Below, piece after piece: positions 44,603-54,600 of a stretch of 64,000 bases of DNA (positions are counted from its first letter, which is position 1; each line of letters starts with the position of its first letter). This stretch comes from an uncultured Gammaproteobacteria bacterium. GTDB taxonomy: Bacteria; Pseudomonadota; Gammaproteobacteria; DRLM01. Under the pieces are notes generated by a model. That model ran no database searches. It was given only the letters and a program-made list of their open reading frames with translations, and was not told the origin of the DNA. The stretch lies in NCBI GenBank assembly GCA_947259075.1, contig CAMYKQ010000038.1, positions 18,750-82,749 of the forward strand, in the 5' to 3' direction. Both the position numbers and the translations under genes were made by a program.

Positions 44603-45612
44603 GCGTTCTCTCGCGCCGCGATATCGACGGCCAATTGCAAGGCCGCATCCAGGCTGCCGGACTCGGCGCCGCCCTTGCCCGCCAATTCCAGCGCGGTGCC
44701 GTGATCGACCGAGGTGCGGATGATGGGCAAGCCCAGGGTGATGTTCACCGCTTGGCCGAAGCCTTTGAACTTGAGCACCGGCAGGCCTTGATCGTGATAC
44801 ATCGCCAGCACCGCGTCGGCGGTATCGAGATGTTTGGGAATGAACAAGGTGTCGGCGGGCAGGGGGCCGATCAGGTCCATGCCCGCGCCGCGCAGCGCGT
44901 TGAGTACCGGCTCGACCACGTCGCGGTCTTCCGTGCCCAGATGGCCGCCTTCACCCGCGTGGGGATTGAGGCCGCACACCACGATGCGCGGCGCGGCGAT
45001 GCCGAAGCGCGCGCGCAGATCGTGATGCAGGATCCGTATCACCCCCGTGAGGTGCGGCGCGGTGATGGCGTCCGCCACGTCGCGCAGCGGCAAGTGGGTG
45101 GTGGCCAGCGCCACGCGCAGGCCTGCGGTGAGCAGCATCATCACCACTTGATCGCTTCGGGTGTGCTCGGCGAGAAATTCAGTGTGGCCGGAGAAGGCGA
45201 AGCCGGCGTCATTGATGACGCCTTTGTGCACCGGGCCGGTGACCAGGGCGGCGAAGTCACCCTGCACGCAGCCCTGGGTGGCCGCGCGCAGGGTGTCGAG
45301 CACGTAAGCGGCGTTGGCCGTATTGAGCTGGCCGGCTTGTACCGCGGCGCGCAAGGGCACGGGCAAGACCGTCAGCGTGCCGGCCGCTTGCGCGCGCGGC
45401 GGCTGTTCGGCATTGAATTCATTGAGCGCGAGGGGCAAGTCCAGTTGCGCCGCGCGTTGCGACAATAAAACCTGATCGGCGACCACCACCAGCTCGGCGG
45501 GATACGGGCGCTGCGCCAGCATCACGCAGAGGTCGGGGCCGATGCCGGCGGGCTCACCGGGGGTGATGGCGATGCGCGGCACGGCGGGCGGATAATTTCG
45601 GGGCTGAGTCAT
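44599..45612 (-). CDS. pdxA: 4-hydroxythreonine-4-phosphate dehydrogenase.
   Basis: [15 protein letters not shown]...GHTE...; its stop overlaps the rsmA start. Confidence 0.9.
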   Translation of the reverse strand: MTQPRNYPPAVPRIAITPGEPAGIGPDLCVMLAQRPYPAELVVVADQVLLSQRAAQLDLPLALNEFNAEQPPRAQAAGTLTVLPVPLRAAVQAGQLNTANAAYVLDTLRAATQGCVQGDFAALVTGPVHKGVINDAGFAFSGHTEFLAEHTRSDQVVMMLLTAGLRVALATTHLPLRDVADAITAPHLTGVIRILHHDLRARFGIAAPRIVVCGLNPHAGEGGHLGTEDRDVVEPVLNALRGAGMDLIGPLPADTLFIPKHLDTADAVLAMYHDQGLPVLKFKGFGQAVNITLGLPIIRTSVDHGTALELAGKGGAESGSLDAALQLAVDIAARENA

Positions 45613-45693
45613 GGGAAGGGCTTTTTATCACTTCCCCCGCCGCGGGTCCACTGCGGCCGTGATCCGCGTGCCCTGGCGCGCGGCGGCTGGCGT

Positions 45694-48600
45694 TTAATAG
45701 GTGCCTTGCAGGCGCAGGAACCAGCCGTGTACCGAGTAGTCGTTGTCGGAGAATTCACTGTCGGAGAAATCGGTGAAATTGTAGCCGCCGCCGACGCGCA
45801 CATGCTCCATGGCACGCCACATCACGTCGGCGGCCCAGCCTTGGCGCTGGTCGTCGGTCTCTTGCTGGCTTAACAGCCGGTATTCGGCGCCGAGGTCGAT
45901 GCGCGGGCGGATACGGTAATTGAGCCGGTTGATGGACAAGAAGGTAGTGGTGGCGATGCTGGGGCGGCCGCCCGCGCGTTCTTCTTTCATGCGCAACGCC
46001 AGTTTGTCCACCCATTCCAAGGCGGGCGTGAGCTCCAGCGACCATTCGATGGAGGCGATGTCGCGGCTGATGTTTTGCATATCGCCGGCGCCGAGACTGA
46101 GCGGGCGCTGATCGGCTTGGCGGGTGTAGCGCGCCAGGGCGTTGAAACGGTCGCTGGCCACGGGGCGGTAGGCTAGCCCTAAGCTGCTTTCTTCAAACTC
46201 CGCTTCCACGACATCGTTGTCGAGGTCGCGGCTGAGGCTGTAGCGGTATTTGCCCAGCAGGGTGTAATCGGGATCGAGCTTCAATTCCGCGCTATTGGTC
46301 GAGAGGAATTGCTCGCGTTCTTGTACCCCGCTTTCGCGGCGCAGTTCGTTGCGGGTGCTGGCGCTGAGTCCGCGCGGATGGCTGTAAGACAAGCCGGTGG
46401 CGATGGCGTAGCGGTCCGAGCCGCCGCTGGCGGCTTGGATCTTGCCCAGTTCCGCCGCCAGCAATAATTGCAGGCCGCGCCGCAGCCGCCATTTTTGTTC
46501 GGCGCCGATCAAGGAGACGTTGCGGTCGCCTTGGTCCGCTACTTCCCATTGGTATTCGGAATAGACCTTGCCGTCACGGCCCAGCGGTGATTGGGCGCCG
46601 ACGATGGTGGTATTGCGGCCGTTGTTTTGCATATCGCGGCTGAGGCGCTGGGTGAGGTAGAGGCGGTTGCCGTCGAGATTGAATTCCGCGCCCAATTCCG
46701 CGGCCTGCCCCAGGCTGCCGCTGATGCCTTTGGCCTTCAAGGTCAAGGCGGAGCTGAGGCTGTAATCAACGCCGATACCGGTTTGATCGTTGTCCGCGCC
46801 GCTGAGGGTGAATTGCTGCTCAATGGAGGCGGTGAGTTTTTCGGTGACGCGCAGACGCAGCTCGGCGGCCATCAGGCTGCTGTCATTGATGCCCGTGGCG
46901 GCGTTGCTGGTCTCTTTTTGCTGGTATTCCGCCGTGGCGCTCCAGCGTTCGGCGGCATGGCGCAGTTGCGCCGTCGTGGTACTGCTTTCGCTGTCACCGC
47001 TGGCGGACAGGATCTTTTCCTGATCTTGGCGCAGCAACACCTTGTCACGCTCGCTCACTTGCAGGCTCATGTTCAGTCCGCTTTTCTCCGACGAGATTTC
47101 ACTGCTATTGCCGTTGGAGATGAAGCCCGGCCCCAGGCGTTTCATGTAGGCGCCCATGCGATAGCGGTTGGCCTGGCCGAACCATTCGCCGATGTCCATT
47201 TCCGCGGCGAGTTTCCACGCTTGGCCGCTGCTGGTGTCGAGCGGCGTGGTTTCCTTGAAGCTGAGACCGCCGTCGTCACTGTAGAAGCTCTGGCCGTCGC
47301 TGCCTTCGCTCTGCGCCATTTCGGCGAGCAGGCGGGTGCCCTTGCCCAAGCGGATTTCGGTGTCGAGGCCTTGCAATTGATATTGTCCGGCGGCGCCTTC
47401 GTCTTGCACGTAGGTGCCGCCGATGGCGACGTGGTCGTTGAGCTGCTGGCGCACACGGCCGCCGCTGGCGCTCTTCTCGAAGAAGGCGGCTTCGGTTTCA
47501 TAGTCCACTTCGATGGAGACGGGATTGCCGCCCAGCAGCGCGCGATCGACGAGGCGGCTGTCGGCTTGGGTGCTGGCCAGCGGCCGGGTGAAGAGGATGC
47601 GGCCTTCGACGTAACGGATATTGTAATCGGTGTTTTGCTGCTGCGGCTGGCGTGAGAGCACCAGGCCGGTGTCTTTATCGCGCACCACCAACGTGACTTG
47701 TTCGCTGCCTTCGATGATGTCGCCGTGGCTCAAATAATAGAGTGAGCCGCCGGTGGCGCGCAGTTCGTCGCGCACGTGCATTTGCCGCACCGCCGCGCTG
47801 AATACCGCGACTTGGGTATCGGGGGCGCCGTATTGAGTGCGCGCCAGGCTTTGATAGGCGAGACGGCCGCCGAAGAGGGTGCGCTGATAGGTGGCGAGTT
47901 CGGTGTCGGTGAAATTCACCGGGTAGTTGCCGATCACCGCATGCAGTTCATCGCTGTCCACCGCGAGATAGAATTTGCCGCTGCTCTCGCTGTCGTAGAC
48001 CACGGTGCTGTCGTCGCCGTAGACCGGATAGAGTTTGTCGGGATCGATGTTGGTGAGCAGGCGGTCGTTCTCGGCGCGGTCGAGGTCTTTGAACATATCG
48101 CCCAGCTCGTTCGTGCCGCTGTCGAAGGCGGAGGTGACGAGGTATTTGCCCGCGATCACGCCTTTCAAGTAATAGGCAATGCGGCCCTCGCTGTAGAATT
48201 GCGAGGCGCCATCCATGCCCGCCCCCTGCACATAACCCTTGGCCTGCATCTGGCCGATCTTGCCGTCGGCGAAGGCGAGCAGGAAGAGTTTGGAATCGCG
48301 CACCTCGATATCGCGGCTGATGCGCCCGCTGTTGCCCGCCGGATCGCTCACGTTCACCTCGATGCTGCTGTGGCCCAGTGGCAGGGTCACGGTGGTGCTG
48401 AAGCGGCCGTCGTCTTGCAGCGCCACCTCTTTGGCGTTGACGCTAACCTTATTGCCCGGCTCGGTGGCGCCGCTCACCACCAGCACCGGCGAGGTGAGTG
48501 CCGCGTCCTTGGGCGGGAAGTTCACCGCGAGGCGCGGCACGGGTTGCACCAGCAGATACAGCGCGCCGTTTTCATCGCGTGCGCTCACCTTGACCTTCAA

Positions 48601-51600
48601 GTCCACCACGCGGGTGAAGTTGGCCTCGTTGCGCAGCAGCAGGGTGAAGAAGTTGACACCCTGTTTGAGTTTGATGTCGGCGGCGAAGCGGCCCGCGGCT
48701 TCGACGGGCAAGCGCCGGTCATCCAGCTGCACGATATTGCCCGGCTCGGTGCGCCCGTGCAGACGGAAGCCCATGACGATCTCTTCTGGCGCGGCGCGCG
48801 CCACGACATCGCGCGCGTCGGCGTAATAACCTTGTTCATCATCGCGCGCGCCGTAAGGCACGCGGACTTCACCGGCGGGCAGGTTTAAACTGGGCACGGC
48901 GATACGCGCCAGCGAGGACTTATCCTGCGCGCTGGTCAACTGAATATCGAACTCCGTGGCCGAGGCCGGCTCGATTTGGGTTTGGAAGACGCCGCCACCC
49001 TGCAATGGCAGTGTTTTACCGTTGATGACGGCGCCGGGTTCGGCGCGGTATTGATCGGTGACGCTGATGGTCTCGACCTTGCCCACCAGACCTTTGATCT
49101 CCACGCGGCGGTTCAGCTCGCGGCCCTCGGGCAGGCCGTTGCTCGCCATGGGCCGCCGCGAGCCGAAGCCGCGCACCACCAGCCGCTCACGCGGGATGTC
49201 TTCCTCTTCCATGAGATATCTCGCCGCCGCTTCGGCGCGTTCTTGCGAGAGGCGTAGATTGGCCTCATCGCTGCCGATGGAGTCGGTGTGGCCTTCGATC
49301 ACCACCTTCTCTTCCGGGAAGCGCAACAACAGCGCCGAGGATTCGCGCAGCGCCTGCCGCGCGGCGGGGCTGAGCTGGGACGAACCCAGTTCGAAGGCGC
49401 CGCCGGTGAGATTGACGGCGATGGCCGAGCTGCGATTGACGCCCACTAAACGCCGCGCGCTGCGCGCGACGCCGTCATCGGCGTAATCCAGCTCCAGTTG
49501 ATATTCGTAAATCTCGCCGCCTTCGAGCAAGTCGCCGTGATCGTCGCGCGCATCCCATTCGATGACGGGCGGCGGCGCGCCCTCGCCGCGCAGGGTGCGC
49601 ACGGTCTGGTGCGCGGCATTGTTCACGGTGAACAACCAGGCGTTCACCTTTGCTTTGCTATCGATGTTGACGCTGAGCCGCAGCGGTTGTTCGAGTTTGC
49701 CGCTGTTGATATTGATGAGATCATCCACGCTGGTGAGGCCGAGTTTGATGTCGCCGTTGGGCAGCGCCAGCGAATAACCGTTGACCAGCGCGGTGAGCAT
49801 TTCCACGCTGCCGAAGACGCTGGCGGGTTTTTCACCGAGTTCGGTTTGCGCGCGCAGGCCGTGGTTGGCGGCGCGGCCTATGATCTCGACCTCGTGCTGG
49901 TAAATCACGCCGAAATTGGCCTTGGCGAGCAGACCGGGCGTGATGTTCACCACGGTGATTTCCTCGGTCGTGACTTCGGCGCCGGCGTCCAGCGCCTGCA
50001 GATTTATTTTCAGCGCGCGCGGTCCCGGTTTGACCGCGGGGAAGTGGTAACGGCCGTGTTCATCGGTGAGGGCGTAGCTGCCGTTGTCCAGCACCACCAT
50101 GGCGCCGCTCACGCCTTTTTCGCCCTGGTCCTGTTTGCCGTTGCGGTTGGGGTCTTGGAAGACCTTGCCGATGATGGTGCCGAGATCGAAGACCGGATCG
50201 AGCGTCACGCTCACCCGGGCCTCGGCGTTATTGGAGATGTAGCAGACATCGCAGACGTCGAGGGCGTAAACGGTGTTGACGTATTCGCGCGGCGTGGCGC
50301 CCGCGCCGACGATCAATTGATAGCTGAGCGTGGTGTAGCCCTGTTCGCCGGGATCGGCGCTGCCATTGCCGTTGCTGTCCACCCGCGCGAGCAGGGTGCC
50401 GAGGCCGAAGATCAAGGGCCGGTGACCCGCCGGGTCGGGCGCCAGCGCGCCATTGAGGCGGGTGCTGCCGGGCACGTATTTGAAATTGGGCGGCAGGGCG
50501 TCATGCAGTTTGACTTGCAGCACGTCCTTGTCGGTGATGTTTTTGATGATGAGCGTATAGGTGACGACATCGCCGATCACCACCTCGTCTTTGTTGGCGA
50601 GCTTGGTGATGTCGAGCACGCGGCCTTGAGTGAAATACACCTTGGGCTGCGTGAGCAACACGATATTGTCGCTGATGTCGGTGGCGCGCAGGGTGGCGAC
50701 GCCGATGGTGTTGGAGCGGATCTGGGCGATGGCGCTGCCGTCGGCGCCGGTGGGCGCGCCGGCTTGGGTGATCGTATCCAAGGCGCCGCGATCGGAATCG
50801 AACACGACGGTTTTGCCCGGCACCCGCAAGCCGCTGGTGTCGATGAGGGTGGCGCTGAGCGTGCTGGCGGCGCTGCCGTCGGCGATGACGATGAGCGGTT
50901 GCGCGGTGACGATGGAGGCGAGCGGATCGACGCCGAACACGGTGCTGACGGCTAGGCCGTTGCCGTCGCCGGGATCGCCGTCGGCGTCACCCGCGCTCAC
51001 CGCTTGCGGCGCGGCGGGCGTGGCGCTGTCATCGACCGTGGCGCTGAAGACGCTGGCGCCGCTTACCAGCGGGGCGTTGGCGCTGAAACGCAATTGCAGA
51101 TTGCCGCTGGCGCTGAGTTTGGCGCCGAGTTTGACGCTCATGGTGGCGCCGCTGATGCTGGCGCAGTATTGGCCCGCGGCAGGCGCGGGGCACGCGGCCG
51201 CGAGCGCGCCGCCGTTGACGCTGAAGCCGGTGATGGCCAGCCCCATGAAGCCGGTGGGCGCGGTGACGCTGAGCAGATCGACGCCGCTGTCGCCGGGGTT
51301 GATGGCGGGCAGCACGTCGAAGGTAAAGGCGATGCCGGTGGCGCCCACCACCACGCTGGCCGGGGTGATTTCGCCCACGGCCGCGGTGACGGCATTGGCG
51401 TTGTCGTCGTTGTCGATGCTGTGCACGTGTTGCGCGATCGCGCCCAGGGTGGCGTTGAGCGGATTGCTGAGATTGACCACGACGGTCTCGTTGCTCTCCG
51501 TATCGGCGTCGTCGATGATCGCGAGGCTGATGTCCTTGCTGGTCTCGCCGGGATTGAAGATGAGCGTGCCGCTGGCGAGGGTGTAATCCACGCCGCCGCC

Positions 51601-54600
51601 GGTGGCGGTGCTGGCGGGATCGACGCCGTAATCCACGCTGACGGGCAGGCCGCTGGCGGCGGAGAGCGTGACGGTGATTAATGCGCTGGGGATATTCTCC
51701 AGCGCATTGCCGCCGGCGGCGGCGAAGGCGGCGCTGGGCGCGGCGTCGTTATCGTTGAGGGTGTAGCTGTGTTGCGGCGTCGCGCCGAGGATGGCGTTGA
51801 CGGGCGCGCTTAAATTGATGACCACGGTTTCGTCGCTTTCGTCCAAGGCGTCGTCGTTCACCGCGAGCGAGATGGCCTTGAGGGTGTCGCCGGGGTTGAA
51901 GGTGAGCGTGCCGCTGGCGAGGGTGTAATCGACGCCGCCGCCGCTGGCGGTGCCGGCGGCGTCGATGCTGTAATTGACGGTGATGATTTGGGTGCTGGCC
52001 GTGGAGAGCGTGACATTGACGCTGACCGGCGTGAAGGCTTCATCGCCGTTGGCGCTGGCGGCGGCGAAGTTGATTACCGCGGTGTCGTTGTCGCTTACGT
52101 TTACCGTGATGTTGGGAATGGCGAGGGCGTTGTAGTTCAAATCCGCGCTCGCGGCGCCGTGGGTGATGCTGGCACTGTGCGGGCCTTCGGCGATGGCATC
52201 GTCGATGGCGATGACGGTGACGGTCTGCGCGTTATTCCAATTGAGCGGAGTGAAGGTGAGCGCGACGGCCGTGCCCGCGCCGGCGCCCAAATCGGCTTGC
52301 GCGTCGGGGGTGACGGTAATGACGACGTTGGCGCCGGGCGCGGAGTCGAGCACCACGGTGTAGCTGTCGCCGGCGCCGCCCTCGCTGGCCGTGGTCGCGC
52401 CGCCGGACTCGTTAAACGTGACGCCGGGCAGATCGTTGTCGCTGATGGACACCACGATATTGGGAATGGCGAGGGCGTTGTAATTTAAATCCGCGCTCGC
52501 GGCGGCGTGGGTGATGACGGCGCCGTGCGGACCTTCGGCGCTGGCGTCGTCGACGGCGGTGACGGTGACGGTCTGCGCGTTGTTCCAATTGAGCGGGGTG
52601 AAGCTGAGCGCGACGGCCGTGCCCGCGCCCGCGCCTAAATCCACTTGCGCATCGGGGGTGACGGTGATGACGACGTTGGCGCTGGGCGCGGAGTTGAGCA
52701 CCACGGTGTAGCTGTCGCTGCCCGGGCCGGTTTCAGCGACGCTGGTGCCGCCGCCGGATTCGCTCAGGGTCACGCCGGGCGTGTCGTTGTCGGCGATGTT
52801 CACCGTGATAGTGGGGATGGCGAGGGCGTTGTAGTTCAAATCCGCGCTCGCGGCGCCGTGGGTGATGGTGGCGCTGTGCGGACCCTCGGCTATCGCGTCG
52901 TCCACCGCGGTGACGTTGACGGTCTGCGCGCTATTCCAGTTGAGCGGGGTGAAGCTGAGCACGACGGCCGTGCCCGCGCCCGCGCCCAAATCCACTTGCG
53001 CATCGGGGGTGACGCTGACGGTGACGTTGGCGCTGGGCGCGGTGTTGAGCACCACGGTGTAGCTGTCGCCGGCGCCGCCTTCGCTGGCCGTGGTGACGCC
53101 GCCGGATTCGTTGAGCGTCACGCCGGGCACGTCGTTGTCGCTGATGTTCACGAGCACATTGGCGATGACCAGGCCGTTGTACGCGGCATCGGCGCTGTTC
53201 GCGCTGTGGGTGATGCTGCTGTTGTGCGGGCCTTCGGCGCTGGCGTCATCCACCGCGGTGACGGTGACGCTCTGCGCAAGATTCCAGTTGAGCGGGGTGA
53301 AGCTGAGCACCACGGCCGTGCCCGCGCCGCCGCCTAAATCCACTTGCGCGTCGGGGGTGACCGTGAGGGTAACATTCGCCGCCGGTTGCGTGGCGAGCAC
53401 TAAGGTGTAGCTGTCGCTGCTCGGTCCGGTCTCGTTGACATTGGTGGCGCCGCCGGATTCGCTGATCGTCACCGCGGCCGCGTCGTTGTCGTTCACGGTG
53501 TAAACCTGTTGCGGGGTGGCGCCGAGGCTGGCGTTGCTGGGATTGGCAAGATCGATCATAACGGTTTCATTGCCTTCGGCGATGAGGTCATCGTTCACCG
53601 CGAGGCTGATGACTTTGCTGGTCTCGCCGGGGTTGAAGGTCAGCGTGCCGTTGGCGAGGGTGTAATCGATGCCGCCGCCGCTGGCGCTGCTGGCGCCGTT
53701 CACCGCGTAATCCACGGTGACGGTTTTACTCGAGGCGGCGGACAAGGCCACCGTGATGTTCACCGGCGTCACGGATTCCGCGCCGCTGGCCGCGGCGGCG
53801 GCGAAGCTCACGCTGGGCGCGGGGTCGTCGTCGGTGATGGTCGCGGTATGCACGGTCGTGCCGCCCGCGAAGGCATTGACGGGCGTGCCCATGGTCACAA
53901 CGACGGTTTCGCCGTCTTCGTCGAGCGCGTCGTTGACGACGGTCACGGTGATATCCGCGCTCAAACTGCCCGCGCTGATAATGAGAGGGCTGGCGGTGAT
54001 GGTGTAATCCGCCGGGTTGTTTGCCGTGCCGCCCAGGGTGAAGGGCAGGCTGACGTTCTGCGCCGAGACTTGTGACAGTTGCGCGGTGATGGTGAGCGTG
54101 CCCGCGTTTTCGGCGCCGCTTTGACTGGCGGCGGTGAAGCTGACTTGCGGCAAGACCGTCACGCCTTGCGTGTTGGCGTCCGCCGCGTCGCCATCGGCAT
54201 TGCCCGCGGTGGTGGCCTGCGCGGCGATAGAGCCGGTGCCGGTGTCGTCGACAGTGGACGTGAAGTTGCCGCTGCCGAGTGCGCCGGGCGCATCCGCGTT
54301 GAAGCTGATCTTGATGTTGGTGCCGGTTACGCTGACCTTGCTCCCCAAGCGGATGGTCATCACTTGTCCCGCGACGCCTGCGCAGTATTCACCCGCGGCG
54401 GGGGCGGGACAACTGCCCGACGCCGTTTGCGCGCCGCCGCCCAGCGATACGCCGGTGACGCTCAAACCGCCATAGCCCGCCGGGGCGGTGATGGCGATTT
54501 GATCGATGCCGGTGTTGCCGGGATTGATAGCGGGCAGTACATCGTAGGTGAAGTTGATGCCGCTGCTGGCGGCCGGTACCGCGGCGGGATCGATTTCAGC

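Noticed and set aside
46591-50955. Long plus-strand ORFs (46591-47655, 47776-48888, 49498-50955, 50630-51586) antisense to the giant gene.
   Set aside because: Their translations are Gly/Ala/Arg/Val-rich low-complexity sequences typical of antisense frames in high-GC coding DNA, with no motifs. They fully overlap a minus-strand gene that has clear domains.
52074-53475. Periodic ~350-bp repeats considered as a CRISPR array or IS tandem.
   Set aside because: The units are far too long for CRISPR repeats, have no spacers, and are in-frame coding repeats of the giant protein.
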